This document shows positions 19,653-30,398 of a DNA stretch of 64,000 nt, piece after piece. Location of the stretch: positions 384,001 through 448,000 of the forward strand of contig CAWJIM010000019.1 in NCBI GenBank assembly GCA_963842945.1, in the 5' to 3' direction. The notes under the pieces are model-generated. The model ran no database searches, was not told the DNA's origin, and saw only the letters and a list, made by a program, of their open reading frames with translations. The translations under genes were made by a program, and so were the position numbers. The stretch's first letter is position 1, and every line of letters begins with the position of its first letter. Source of the stretch: an uncultured Gemmatimonadales bacterium. Its GTDB lineage: Bacteria > Gemmatimonadota > Gemmatimonadetes > Gemmatimonadales > GWC2-71-9.

Positions 19653-21696
19653 CTGGTTGCAGTTCTCGCTCCTTCTGATTCTCCGCCGCCACCTTCGCCG
19701 AGACCTCGGGCGGCGCCTCGGCGTACCCGTGGAACTTCTGCCGGTGGGTGCCCCGCCCGTGGGTGATCGAGTGCAGCGTGGTGGAGTACTTGTACAGCTC
19801 CGCTTCGGGTACCACTGCCTTGACCTTGGTCAGCCGTCCATCCTGCTCGGTGCCGAGGATGTGCCCCCGGCGCGAGCTGAGGTCGCCCATCACGTCACCC
19901 AGCACGTCGTCCGGGGTCCAGACCTCCACGTCTATCAGCGGCTCCAGCAGCACCGGCCGGGCCTTGGGAGTCACATTCCGGAAGGCCATGATGCCCGCCA
20001 TCTTGAACGACATCTCGTTGGAGTCCACGTCGTGATATGACCCGTCGAAGCACTCGACCTTGAAATCGACTAACGGATATCCGGCAATGACTCCTCGGAC
20101 CGCTGCCTCCTGGATCCCGCGATCCACCGCCGGGATGTACTTGTTGGGGATCACGCCCCCGACGATCTCGTCCACAAACTCGTAGCCCGACCCTCGTGGC
20201 AACGGTGCTACCCGGATCCAGCAGTCGCCGTACTGGCCCCGGCCGCCGGACTGTTTCTTGTGTTTCCCCTGGCCCTCCGCCCTTCCTTTAATGGTCTCGC
20301 GATAGGCTATCCGGGGCCGGGCCAGCTCGGCATGGACCCCGAACTTCCGCTCCAGCCGGTGGAGGATGGTGTCGAAGTGCCGCTCGCCCATGCCGTGGAT
20401 CAGGGTCTGGCCCAGCTCCGAGCTGTATTCGAAGTGGAAGGTGGGATCTTCCTCATGCAGCTTGTGCAGGCCGGCAGCGAGCTTGTCCTCCTCTCCTCGC
20501 TGTTTCACCACCACCGCCGACGTGGCAACCGCCTCGGGGAACGGAATAGGCGGCAGCCTGACCGGAGCCTCCCGCCAGCAGAACGTGTCGCCGGTGTGAG
20601 TGTCCTTCAGCTTGGCCACCGAGCCAATGTCCCCGGCGGAGAGCCGCTCCACCTCCATCCGCTCCTTCCCCTGCTGAATGGAGAGGTGGTTCAGCTTCTC
20701 CACCGTCTCGTGCTCGGCGTTGAAGACCTCACCGCCGTTGCGGATCTCGCCGGTGTAAAGCCGGAACAGGGTCACGTCACCCACGTGCGACTCGGACAGC
20801 GTCTTGAACACCCGCCCCACCAGCGGCGCATCCACTGGCGGCTTCACCTCGGCGGGAGAGGGGAACAGCTCCACCATCTTCTTGAGCAGCGTGCGAGTGC
20901 CGTAGGTCAGCTCACCGCTGCCGCAGAAGAGCGGAACGATGGCGCCCTCGATCACTGCCCGCTTGATCGCCCTGATGAAAGCATCCCGCGAGATCTCCTG
21001 GCCCCCCAGGTAACGCTCGATCAGCTCGTCGTCGGTGGAGGCCACGGCCTCGGTCAGCTGCTCGGTGTACTGCTGAAACAGGGCCTGGTACTCGTCGGGA
21101 ACCGGTACGATGTCGTACTCTCCGGTCTTGGTGCCCTTCTTATAGAAGTGGCAGTGCCCGGAGAACAGGTTGATGATCCCGTGGAAGTCGTGCCCGTCGC
21201 CGATGGGAATCTCGACCGGGACGACCTTGGGGCTCAGATGGGTCTTCACATCGTTGAAGACCCGCTCGAAGTCGGCGTGCTCCTTGTCCATCAGGGATAC
21301 GAAGAGGACCCGGGGCAGGTGCAGCTGGTCGCAGACTTCCCAGACTTTTTCGGTGCCCACCTCCACCCCACCCGTCCCGCTGAGAACGACGACGGCGGCA
21401 TCGGCCGCGTTCAGGCCGCTGACGACCTCGCCGAAATAGTCGAGGTAACCCGGGGTGTCGATGAGATTGATCTTGGTGTCGAGCCACTCGGCGTAGCCGA
21501 GGCCCAGATTGATGGAGTGCTTGCGTTCGATTTCGTCGGGAGAATAGTCGGTGAGCGTCGTACCGTCTTTGATGGAACCGTGGCGTCGGCTGGCGCCGCT
21601 TACGAAGGCCAGGGCATCTACCAGGGACGTCTTTCCGCTGGCCCCGTGCCCGACAAACGCCACGTTTCTTATGGCGTTGGAGCCATAGACCTTCAT
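19648..21696 (-). CDS. fusA: elongation factor G-like protein (EF-G2 type paralog)
   Basis: GHGASGKTSL, DTPG, GMGERH, KKQSGGRGQYG, GSYHDVDS, LLEP..; not in the str operon. Confidence 0.9.
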   Translation of the reverse strand: MKVYGSNAIRNVAFVGHGASGKTSLVDALAFVSGASRRHGSIKDGTTLTDYSPDEIERKHSINLGLGYAEWLDTKINLIDTPGYLDYFGEVVSGLNAADAAVVVLSGTGGVEVGTEKVWEVCDQLHLPRVLFVSLMDKEHADFERVFNDVKTHLSPKVVPVEIPIGDGHDFHGIINLFSGHCHFYKKGTKTGEYDIVPVPDEYQALFQQYTEQLTEAVASTDDELIERYLGGQEISRDAFIRAIKRAVIEGAIVPLFCGSGELTYGTRTLLKKMVELFPSPAEVKPPVDAPLVGRVFKTLSESHVGDVTLFRLYTGEIRNGGEVFNAEHETVEKLNHLSIQQGKERMEVERLSAGDIGSVAKLKDTHTGDTFCWREAPVRLPPIPFPEAVATSAVVVKQRGEEDKLAAGLHKLHEEDPTFHFEYSSELGQTLIHGMGERHFDTILHRLERKFGVHAELARPRIAYRETIKGRAEGQGKHKKQSGGRGQYGDCWIRVAPLPRGSGYEFVDEIVGGVIPNKYIPAVDRGIQEAAVRGVIAGYPLVDFKVECFDGSYHDVDSNEMSFKMAGIMAFRNVTPKARPVLLEPLIDVEVWTPDDVLGDVMGDLSSRRGHILGTEQDGRLTKVKAVVPEAELYKYSTTLHSITHGRGTHRQKFHGYAEAPPEVSAKVAAENQKERELQPA

Positions 21697-21789
21697 GGCC
21701 TCCACCTCCTAGGAAAAGGGTATTTCCAAGGTGGCTGCCGCACTGGCGGTTGTCAAATGAGCTGGTATCAGCTGGTCGCGGGGGCTTGC

Positions 21790-21836
21790 GGACTGTGGAC
21801 TGGAGACTGAGACACCAGTCTCCAGCCACCAGACCC
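21790..21836. repeat. short inverted heptamer array (RGACTGN / CCAGNCN)
   Basis: GGACTGT GGACTGG AGACTGA ... CCAGTCT CCAGCCA CCAGACC. Confidence 0.6.
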
Positions 21837-21847
21837 GGGTTAAACTT

Positions 21848-22489
21848 TTAATGATCTGGATGATGAGGGGCGAACGAGTCGATTCCACCGGCACCGGAAC
21901 CGGCTGAGTTCTGAGCCACCGTGCTGTTATTCAGGGTAAGCGGACCATGGCTGTCAATTCCACCGCCATGCTGACTGGTAGTGTTTCCCTCGACGGTGCA
22001 CCTGGTCAGAGTCAGCGCGCCAAAGTTGCTGATGCCTCCACCGGGCCGGTCTGTCCTACCGTTACGCAGGGTCAAATTCGTCAAACTCACGACGCCCTGC
22101 TCATCTATGGTCAGAAGCCGAAACGCGGGATCGGTACCCCGACGCCGGACTGTAACGCCGCTGTTGGGACCGACGATGCTGAGGGATTTGTTGATCCTCA
22201 GGGTCCCACCCCCCGCTAACGGTCGAGCGAGCGTGATGGTACCGGTGAGACCCGGGGCAAAATTGATAGTGCTGCTTCTCGAGTCTTTGATCGCCTCACG
22301 AAGCGTACACTCCTTGGCGTTGCAGATGCCGTCCCCCGGGTCAGCCAAGCTGTTCACCACCAGAACGGCAGCAGCTGAAGCGGATTCCCGGTTATTCGAA
22401 GACGAGGCCGACGGGTCGGATAACTGGTCCTCTCCGCAAGCAGCGAGCAGGAATGGCAGCGCGATCAGGAAGGGAGAGAGTCTTAACAT
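21848..22489 (-). CDS. CSLREA-like beta-helix lipoprotein, apparently C-terminally truncated
   Basis: Lipobox LLAAC; VVNSLADPGDG.C...CTLREAI; GGGI repeats end abruptly at GGIDSFAPHHPDH. Confidence 0.7.
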   Translation of the reverse strand: MLRLSPFLIALPFLLAACGEDQLSDPSASSSNNRESASAAAVLVVNSLADPGDGICNAKECTLREAIKDSRSSTINFAPGLTGTITLARPLAGGGTLRINKSLSIVGPNSGVTVRRRGTDPAFRLLTIDEQGVVSLTNLTLRNGRTDRPGGGISNFGALTLTRCTVEGNTTSQHGGGIDSHGPLTLNNSTVAQNSAGSGAGGIDSFAPHHPDH

Positions 22490-22654
22490 TGGAGCCTCCG
22501 TGAGCTGCCCGACCGGGACACGGTCTCACAGGCGGGCCCTGATCACATTGGAATGGTCCTTCGTGGCGTCAATTGCGCCTGCGGCGTCGCGGAGGAAAGG
22601 ACACCGGCATGTGGAGATTCGGTAGCCAGACCTTACGGCGCGGTACCGGGTACG

Positions 22655-22966
22655 TCAATAAGGGCTCTTCACGCCGGCCGTCTTCAAGGCCAGCGATGCC
22701 CGAACCGCATCCCGCGAGGAATCGATTGGCGCCATCCGTAGCGCCGCATATACCACGGGAGCCGACCCACCCGACTCCTGCACCGACCAGGCGTAGCACA
22801 TGGTGGCCGCCGGATGACGGCTGAGCCCGAACAGCGATACCTCGCCGTCGAACACCAGGGTATCTCCCAGGCTCTCGCGAACATGCTCGCTGGAGATGTA
22901 GTTGGCCTCGCAGCCGTGAAGCTCCTCCACTGACTGCTTGAGTACCATGAAATCCGCCCGGCTCAT
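22655..22966 (-). CDS. hypothetical protein
   Basis: 103 aa with GGAGG RBS and protein-like composition (HPAATMCYAWS). Confidence 0.65.
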   Translation of the reverse strand: MSRADFMVLKQSVEELHGCEANYISSEHVRESLGDTLVFDGEVSLFGLSRHPAATMCYAWSVQESGGSAPVVYAALRMAPIDSSRDAVRASLALKTAGVKSPY

Positions 22967-22978
22967 CCGCCCTCCGCC

Positions 22979-23557
22979 TTACCGGTCAGCCCGGTCGATC
23001 TCCGCACCACTTAACCGCCGCTCGGCGCCGACGTTGGGCGGGGTACCGGTCAGCATCCCCTTGGCCACCTCAAAGAGCACGACCGGAGCAGGCTTATCGA
23101 CCTTGAGGTACATCACCGACTGGACGTCCACCAGAATCAGGGCGAGTCGGGGGTCTTCCGGGCCTCCGTCCCGCTCTCCGCCCTGATCTCCGAACCAGGC
23201 CTTCCAGTCCTTTTGGTAGAGCTCCCGAATCGCCTGGCGGTCCTGGCTGATTGTGGCCGTTCCGCTGACCGAGACCCATTCCCGGGTCCGATCCTTATAG
23301 TAGGCCAGGTTGACGTTGGGATCTGATTCGAGCTCGTCCAGCTTGTTGGATTCGATGTCGGTCACGAACCAGAGATCGGTCCCTTCGGCCTGGGTCTGGG
23401 TCGCCATTGGGCGGGAGACCAGCTGCCCATCGGGCCGCCGGGTCGTGAACATGGCGATCTCGATTCCCTCGATCAGGTCATAGAGATCCTTCAGCTTCTT
23501 GCCGAGCGGAGCGTTGTCGCGATTGCGGTCCTTGGCTGTACTCATGATGGCCTTCAC
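22979..23557 (-). CDS. pyridoxamine 5'-phosphate oxidase-like / general stress protein 26 family
   Basis: IAMFTT, SRPM, LWF, VNLAY, WVSVSG, WKAWF..GPEDP. Confidence 0.88.
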   Translation of the reverse strand: MKAIMSTAKDRNRDNAPLGKKLKDLYDLIEGIEIAMFTTRRPDGQLVSRPMATQTQAEGTDLWFVTDIESNKLDELESDPNVNLAYYKDRTREWVSVSGTATISQDRQAIRELYQKDWKAWFGDQGGERDGGPEDPRLALILVDVQSVMYLKVDKPAPVVLFEVAKGMLTGTPPNVGAERRLSGAEIDRADR

Positions 23558-23653
23558 TGTGAGGACGGGAACTTCGGATGGGGCAGAGATTACCGCGCGG
23601 TGGGCCGGAGCGAAAGGTCGCCCGTCACATGAGATACTCGTGAGAGACGTTTC

Positions 23654-24103
23654 CTATTTGACAGGGACCTTTCCCTTGCTGATGGCCTTGCGCCGCGCCG
23701 CCGCCCGCTCCCGCAAGGCTTCCTTGGCGCTCTTCCAGTTGAATGCCGCGGCCGTCACGGCGCCCAGCGGGGTAAAGAACGCGGCTCCGCTGAAGCCGCC
23801 CACCAGGAGACCGGCAACCACACCGGCGCCGGCACCGCAGAGCACCAGGGGTCCCAGCTGCGCCGCCATGCCGGGAGTATCCGCCAGGGAGTCCCGCCAG
23901 TCCTCCGTCAGCAGCATCAGCGCGGTATAGAGGATCCCCATGCCCAGTCCACCGGCGGCCGCGGCCAGACTGAGGGAAGGGATCCAGGAGACCTGCCCGG
24001 TTCTCAGGACCTGGGCAATCCCCAGAACAAGACCGGTCACGGCCCAGGTTATGGTCCACAGCAGTATCGTGTCCTGTAACTGCCGAAGTTTCGATTTCCT
24101 CAT
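23654..24103 (-). CDS. hypothetical membrane protein
   Basis: Four hydrophobic segments, basic C-terminus. Confidence 0.65.
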   Translation of the reverse strand: MRKSKLRQLQDTILLWTITWAVTGLVLGIAQVLRTGQVSWIPSLSLAAAAGGLGMGILYTALMLLTEDWRDSLADTPGMAAQLGPLVLCGAGAGVVAGLLVGGFSGAAFFTPLGAVTAAAFNWKSAKEALRERAAARRKAISKGKVPVK

Positions 24104-24180
24104 GCTCTCGGCTCCAGTATTCAGCGTATCGAGCCATAAGGATCGGACGCTGGAGCCGGGTTCTTCAGTCCGAGGATTAG

Positions 24181-24209
24181 ACCCCCTTTGAGCTCACCAC
24201 AAAGGGGTT
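24181..24209. terminator. possible intrinsic terminator hairpin
   Basis: CCCCTTTG...CAAAGGGG stem just downstream of the hydrolase stop. Confidence 0.45.
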
Positions 24210-24216
24210 AAAACGG

Positions 24217-25267
24217 TCATCTAGCCGGAATTTTCTGGTGTTCCGAGAACATGAACTTCCCAACAGCGGCTGCGATCGTGCGCCGTTCACACCAGAGTGC
24301 CATGTGGCCACAGTGGCTGGTCACCCACAAGGTGTCGGAGGAGACCATCCGGGCGAACTCGCGACTGGGCTCGATGGTGACGATGTGGTCCTGGGGTGAG
24401 TGGATGATCAGCAGGCGGGATCGGACCTTCGAGGCAGCTTGGGAGATATCGCCACCCAGTCGACTGCGAGGCATCATAGTGGCGAATGGCCGTAGTTGTG
24501 CCGCGAAGTCCGCCAGGTCCCAGGTTTTCGCCAGGAGCGCGGCCTCGCGAACGGATGGACGCCTCTACACTGTCCCAGCTTTCTCGGTTCACTGCGGAGG
24601 GCGTTCGCAGCATGAGGGTCATCGAGGCGCGCCACCCGGAACCACGCCTCCTCCCGGCCGACCAGGCCCGCCAGACCAGCCCCACTTCATCGAGATACTT
24701 GGTCCAGAGCAGCCGATCGAAGTTGCCAACCCGGGGAGAGCCACTGATGGGAATCGCCAGGTCCAGCTCAGTCGGATACCGAACCGCCCACTCGAAGGCC
24801 TGCATTCCGCCCATGGAGAATCCCAGGACCGCGCGGAGGCGCTCGATCCCGAGATGCTCGTGAACCAGCCGGTGTTGCGCTACCACCATGTCGCCTATGG
24901 TGAGCCCGGCGAATACGCCGCGAGCCGACGGAGAAGTGTTCGAGGGGGAGGAGGACAGCCCGTCGGCGAAGGCGTCAACTACTACCACGTGGAACTTCGT
25001 GGTATCCAGGATCGCATCCGGGCCAAGGAGTGGCACCCACTCGTCGGATCGGCCCAGAAGCCAGGTGGGGATCAAGACGGCATTGTCCCGGGCCGCGTTG
25101 AGTTGGCCGAACATGCGATAGGCCAGGCGACAATTGGGAATGACCGCGCCGCTGCTGAGCGAGCATGAGCCCAAGAACGCAATCTTCGGAGCAACCTGGG
25201 GAACTGCCTCGGAGGACAAGACGAGAATCGCCGCGAGGGCGGGCAAGAGAGCGCTTTTTCGAATCAT
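24217..25267 (-). CDS. secreted alpha/beta hydrolase, homoserine O-acetyltransferase-like (frameshifted)
   Basis: Signal peptide; RLAYRMFGQLN, TIGDMV, GFSMGGMQA nucleophile; C-part in ORF 24217..24477 (QDH, CGH). Confidence 0.8.
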
Positions 25268-25309
25268 GTCGGTTCACCTGATATGAGAAGAAAACTCCCA
25301 GCCAGGTTT

Positions 25310-26518
25310 CTACTTCAAATAATTGACGAAGAGCGTGATGATCAGCGCGTTGGTGAAATCGATGAAGAACGCGCCCACCAGCGGCACCACCAGAAAGGCC
25401 CTCGGCGCCGGCCCGAAGCGCGCCACCAGCGCCCGCATGTTCGCCACCGCGTTGGCCGTGGTGCCCAACACGAATCCCACGAACCCGCTGGCCATCACCG
25501 CCGAATCGTAGTCCCTGCCCATCAGCCGGAAAGACGCAGTCAGAGCGAACACCAGGACCACCACAACCTGCACCACCAGGATCACCGAGAGCGGCAGCGC
25601 CAGGTGGGCCAGCTCCCAGAGCTTCAGGTTCATCAGCGCCACCACCAGGAAGATGTTGAGCGCGAGGTTGCCCACGAATTCCATGGTGCGCTCGTCGATC
25701 CGGAACCAGCGGGTCGCGTCGTCCACGTTCCGGAGCAACGACGCAACCAGCATCGCCCCGATGTACGCCGGCAGCGTCACCCCGAGCGACTGGATGTAGC
25801 CGCTCACGATGCTGCCCAGACCCATGGCCAGCGCCAGCACCACCAGGTTCCGCACCAGGGAGGAATCCTCCCGGTCCACCTCCACCACCAGCGTCTCCGA
25901 AGACGTGCTCAGCTCGGCCTTGAGCTCCGTCCGGGAACTGCTCTCCGGGGCCAGCCGGTACCGGCGAATGAGACTGGTGCCGACCGGACCTCCCACCAGG
26001 CCGCCGCATACGATACCGGCAGTGGCCGAAGTCAGGGCCAGCTCCCCCGCGCCGCGGAGTCCCGCCTGCTCGAAGATCGGGGCGAACGCCAGGCCAGTCG
26101 CCGGTCCGCCGACCAACGTGACCGATCCAGCCATGACGCCGAGCAGCGGATTCTCCCCGAAGAGGTGGGCGATGCCCATGCCCGCGAAGTTCTGCACCAG
26201 ACAGAAGACGCTGGCGAAGAGGAGGAATACCAGAACCTGGAGTCCTCCGGCCCGGAGCAGCGCCAGGCTCGCCCCCATGCCGATCGAGGTGAAGAAGGCG
26301 ACACTGAGGGTCGCCTGCATCGAGGTGTCGAGCTGGATGGTGATGGATTGCTGGCGGAGCAGGAGGACGAGCGTGGTGAAGAGCAGGCCGCCGATCACCG
26401 CGGCGGGAATGTTGAGCCGGTCGAGCCAGACGATGCGCTTCCGCAGCTGGATGCCGGTGAAGTAGACCACGGCGCCCAGGGTCAGCGTCTGGAGCAGGTC
26501 GAGCTTGAGCTCAGTCAT
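25310..26518 (-). CDS. gltS: sodium/glutamate symporter
   Basis: IPAAVIGG, FFTSIG, GGPATG, GTTANAVANM, VPLVGAFFIDFTNA. Confidence 0.93.
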   Translation of the reverse strand: MTELKLDLLQTLTLGAVVYFTGIQLRKRIVWLDRLNIPAAVIGGLLFTTLVLLLRQQSITIQLDTSMQATLSVAFFTSIGMGASLALLRAGGLQVLVFLLFASVFCLVQNFAGMGIAHLFGENPLLGVMAGSVTLVGGPATGLAFAPIFEQAGLRGAGELALTSATAGIVCGGLVGGPVGTSLIRRYRLAPESSSRTELKAELSTSSETLVVEVDREDSSLVRNLVVLALAMGLGSIVSGYIQSLGVTLPAYIGAMLVASLLRNVDDATRWFRIDERTMEFVGNLALNIFLVVALMNLKLWELAHLALPLSVILVVQVVVVLVFALTASFRLMGRDYDSAVMASGFVGFVLGTTANAVANMRALVARFGPAPRAFLVVPLVGAFFIDFTNALIITLFVNYLK

Positions 26519-26559
26519 GGCTGATGAGGGCCAATCTACCGCCGTTCCGTCGTTCCGTC

Positions 26560-27084
26560 CTAGTATGCGCCGTGCATCGAACCGAGAGCGGGACGAGACA
26601 CCCCGCAGCTCTCGGCGAAAACCGCCAGGGACGCCCGCACTCCACGCTCGTCGTGCTCCCACAACTCGGACAGCCGAACCGCCTCGCCGCCTCGAAGCCG
26701 CATTATCGGCCGCCACATCGGATCGCCGTCGCTATCCTTACCCTCCTCCACTTCGACACTCTCGATCTGGTCCAAGCGAAACTGCCGCGTCCGGCGGCCC
26801 AGAATCCCCCATCGTATCACGGTCACAGAGCGGCGGGTAAGATCGAGCCGAAGCATCGTGCCCGGGTTCTGCGCCAGCCACCACAGCGCGCCGCTCGATA
26901 CACCCATCCCGATGAGGAGGCTGGTGAGCCGCTCCCACGGCTCCAGGTCGCCCGCATTGTTCGCCAGCCCGAGGGGCATGGCCATCCCGATGATGCCGCC
27001 GGCCAGGAGGAAGAGACCGAGGAGCCAGAACGGAGCGGCTCGGTCCCGCATCGAGATCACACCGCCCTCCCGCTGGATTCGCAT
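26560..27084 (-). CDS. hypothetical membrane protein
   Basis: Two TM helices then a PH-like beta region (DSDGDP.WR). Confidence 0.6.
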   Translation of the reverse strand: MRIQREGGVISMRDRAAPFWLLGLFLLAGGIIGMAMPLGLANNAGDLEPWERLTSLLIGMGVSSGALWWLAQNPGTMLRLDLTRRSVTVIRWGILGRRTRQFRLDQIESVEVEEGKDSDGDPMWRPIMRLRGGEAVRLSELWEHDERGVRASLAVFAESCGVSRPALGSMHGAY

Positions 27085-27104
27085 CGACCCACCGTCGCGC
27101 GGGA

Positions 27105-27587
27105 TCACTTCCGGTTTCCCACCCGCTGGTTGATCAGGTCGGTGATCGCCCGGGGGTCGCCGTCGGTGCCCACCAGCGTGAGGTAGAGTGCGGGGGGTCC
27201 TGCCTCGAGAGCCTTGCGCGCGATGAACTGCCGGGCCGGAGGCAGCCGGCGAATGAACCGCTCGGAGTCGCGGACCTCCAGCGCTACCACCGACACGCTG
27301 CCGATGGTTTGCACCGCGGCCGTGCGAATCTCGCTCCAGTCGATCGGGCCCACCGGCAACATGCTGTCACGGATCCCCGAGTCGTCAATCACCAGCCGCT
27401 CGGTCTCTTCGCCCAGCGCCCGAACCAGGAGCAACGCCCAGCCGCTGCCCAGCACGGCCAGACTCCAGCCGGCAAGCCGCGGCAGACCCAGCACCAGAAG
27501 CGCCGCGCCTGCGCCCAGCAGGAGCAGCGCGACTCCCAACTTGCGATAGAGGTGTCTGGGCGAGGTGTGGAGCACGATGCGGGACAT
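27105..27587 (-). CDS. STM3941-like membrane protein
   Basis: Two TM helices then LVIDDSGI.D...GPIDWSEI. Confidence 0.6.
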   Translation of the reverse strand: MSRIVLHTSPRHLYRKLGVALLLLGAGAALLVLGLPRLAGWSLAVLGSGWALLLVRALGEETERLVIDDSGIRDSMLPVGPIDWSEIRTAAVQTIGSVSVVALEVRDSERFIRRLPPARQFIARKALEAGPPALYLTLVGTDGDPRAITDLINQRVGNRK

Positions 27588-27620
27588 GCTGAGAACTATC
27601 GGATGATGTCCCGCCTCCCT

Positions 27621-28238
27621 CTAGTGCAGCGTTTTCCCTTCCCTCAGCATCCGGACGAACTCCTCCAGCCTGCGCGACCGGGTCTCCGGCCGCTTGGCGT
27701 CGTGCAGCCGGTACAGAATGGCGTAGCGGTTCTGGCTGTTCAGTCCCTCGAAGAACCGGCGGGCCTCGGGGTACTTCTCCAGTGCAGCCTGGAGATCTTC
27801 CGGCGGCCGGATCTGGCTGGGCGACGGGTAGGCCGCGTCCCAGCGGCCGTCCCGCTGCGCCTCCGCCATCTGTCGCACTGCCGCCGGCGCCAGCCGCCCC
27901 ACGGCGTGCAGCCGCTCGACCGCCGCCCGGTTGATCTGCGACCACTTGCTACGTGCGCGCCTGGGCGTGAACCGCTGCCGGTACACCTTGGCGTCGACCC
28001 CCGCGACCAGCCCGTCGATCCAGCCGTAGCAGAGCGCCACCTCGAGCGCTTCCTTATAGGAGACCGTGGTCAGGCCGCTCTCCTTCTTGGCGAATTCCAG
28101 CCAGACCCCGGGCGACAGTTCGTGGTGTTTCTCCAGCCACTTTTCCCAGGCGGCCTGTGAGCGGAATCGTTTGACCACCAGGTCGGGTTTGGCCGATTTT
28201 TTCTTTGTCGCCGGCTTCGTCTTTTTCGTCGCCTTCAT
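27621..28238 (-). CDS. YdeI/OmpD-associated family protein
   Basis: WLEKHH, EALEVALCYGWIDG, FTPRRARSKWS, GRWDAAY, AKRPETR. Confidence 0.92.
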   Translation of the reverse strand: MKATKKTKPATKKKSAKPDLVVKRFRSQAAWEKWLEKHHELSPGVWLEFAKKESGLTTVSYKEALEVALCYGWIDGLVAGVDAKVYRQRFTPRRARSKWSQINRAAVERLHAVGRLAPAAVRQMAEAQRDGRWDAAYPSPSQIRPPEDLQAALEKYPEARRFFEGLNSQNRYAILYRLHDAKRPETRSRRLEEFVRMLREGKTLH

Positions 28239-28251
28239 CTAAGCTTCCTCC

Positions 28252-29473
28252 ATGCGCTCCAGCGTCCGCGCTCTGGTTCTGCTGCCACTCCTGCTCGTCC
28301 TCGCCGGAAGCCACTCACCCGGCCACGTCCCCGGTGCGCCGGCGGGCCCCACTGTCGTGCTGATCGGACTCGACGGATTTCACCCCAGCTACCTGAGCCG
28401 CCCACCCAGCCGGCATCTGCGTGAGCTGGCCCGCCAGGGGGTTCAGGCCACATGGATGATCCCGGTTTTTCCGACTCTCACCTTCCCCAACTTCTATAGT
28501 ATTGCGACCGGGCTCTACCCCGAGCATCACGGCATCGTCTCCAACACCATGGCCGATTCGGCGCTGGGCAACTTTTCCCTGCGCGACCGAAGCTCGGTGG
28601 AGGACCCGCGCTGGTGGGGCGGCGAGCCGATCTGGGTAACCGCGGTCAAGCAAAACCAGCGGGCCGCGACCTATTTCTGGCCCGGCTCCGAGGCCCAGAT
28701 CAAGGGGGTCAGACCCACGTACTACAAGATGTACGACGCGAGCGTCCCCAACGCCGCGCGGGTAGAGCAGGTGCTCCAGTGGCTCTCGCTTCCATCCGAC
28801 CAGGCGCCATCCCTGGTGACGCTGTATCTCAACGACGTGGACGACGCCGGCCACCGTTTTGGGCCGAACGCGCCGGAGACTGACTCCGCTATCGCCCGGG
28901 TGGACAGCGCGGTCGGAGCATTGATGGACGGAGTGGAACAGCGCGGTTTGACCGGCAGGGTGAATCTGATCGTGGTGTCGGACCACGGCATGGCGGAGGT
29001 GGCTCCGGATCACATCATCCATCTGGAGCAGTTCATCGATACCGCGGCGGTGCACCTGGTGGACCAGGGCGCCATCGTGTCGCTCTCGCCCAAGGCCGGC
29101 CGGGGCGACGAGATCATCGCTCGGCTCCGGCGGGCGCCCCATCTCAAGGTGTACCGGAAATCCGAGATCCCGGCCGCCTTCCATTATCGAGCGCACTCCC
29201 GGATCCAGCCGATCGTCGCCGTTGCCGATGAGGGCTGGATCGCCACCGCCCGAAGCGGCGGCCCAAGTCCCCGAGGGAATGCACGGCTACCCGACCGATC
29301 TGCCATCGATGCGGGCGCTCTTCCTGGCGCGCGGGCCCGACTTCGCCCGGGGTGCCGTCGTCCCGCCGTTCGGGAACATCCATATCTACGATCTGGTCGC
29401 CCACATACTGAGACTCACCCCGGCACCCAACGACGGGAGTCTCGATTCCCTGAGGGCGGTGCTCTCGAAGTGA
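28252..29473 (+). CDS. ectonucleotide pyrophosphatase/phosphodiesterase family protein (frameshift near 29270)
   Basis: LDGFH, FPTLTFPN, DDAGH, SDHGM; C-terminal GMHGY..MRALF.ARGP in the alternate frame. Confidence 0.9.
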
Positions 29474-30395
29474 GCCGGGCCGCGGATGGTCCGGCCTGGA
29501 AGACCATTCTCGCTTTCGCCGCCATCTACTTCCTCTGGGGCGGAAGCTTCCTGGCCATCCGGGTGGGGGTGCAGGAGGTGCCGCCCCTCCTCTTCGCCGC
29601 GCTCCGATTCCTCGCCGCCGGCCTCATCCTCTCCTGCTGGGCCTTGAGCCGACGCCAGGCCTTGCCCACCCGGGAGCAGTGGGCCTCGGTGTCGCTGCTG
29701 GCGTTTCTGATCTTCGTGCTGGACTACGGATTCCTCTTTTGGGCCGAGCAGCGGGTGCCCTCCGGCGTGGCGGCGGTGATGCTGGCGTTGATCCCCGCGT
29801 TCACCGCGTTGTCCGAAATCGTCTTGCTGGGCACCCAGCGGCTCACGCTCCGGCTGGCGTTGGCACTGGCCATCGGGATCGCCGGGGTCGCGGTGCTCAT
29901 GAGCCGCTCTCTCGAGCTGGGCGGCGCGCCGGTCGACCGGCTCGGGGCCGCGGCGCTGATCTTCGCGGCGCTCAGCTGGTCGGTGGCCTCGGCGCTGTCC
30001 CGGAAGGTGAAGCTGCCGGAGTCCAAGGTCATGAGCTCGGGCGCGCAGATGCTGGTGGGCGGCGGATTTCTGGGCCTGGGGGCCGCCGCCCTGGGTCAGC
30101 TGGGCGGGTTTCATCCGGCCGCTGTTCCGCCCCGGGCCTGGATCGCACTTCTGTACCTGATCGTTCCCGCCTCGATCATCGCGTTCACCGCCTATGTCTG
30201 GCTGATCCAGCGCGAGTCGCCCACCAAGGTGGGGACCTATGCCTACGTCAATCCGGTGGTGGCGGTGCTGCTGGGGCACTTCGTGGCGGGGGAGGCGCTC
30301 GACCTGAGAACCGTGCTGGGAACGGTCTGCGTGCTGATCAGCGTCCTGGTGATCACGTTGACCCGTAACTCGCGCGGACGACGGCTGTTTCCTGA
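29470..30395 (+). CDS. EamA/DMT family transporter (3' end approximate)
   Basis: IYFLWG.SFLAIR, YAYVNPVVAV, 10 TM helices; GTG overlapping the upstream TGA. Confidence 0.88.
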
Positions 30396-30398
30396 AGT

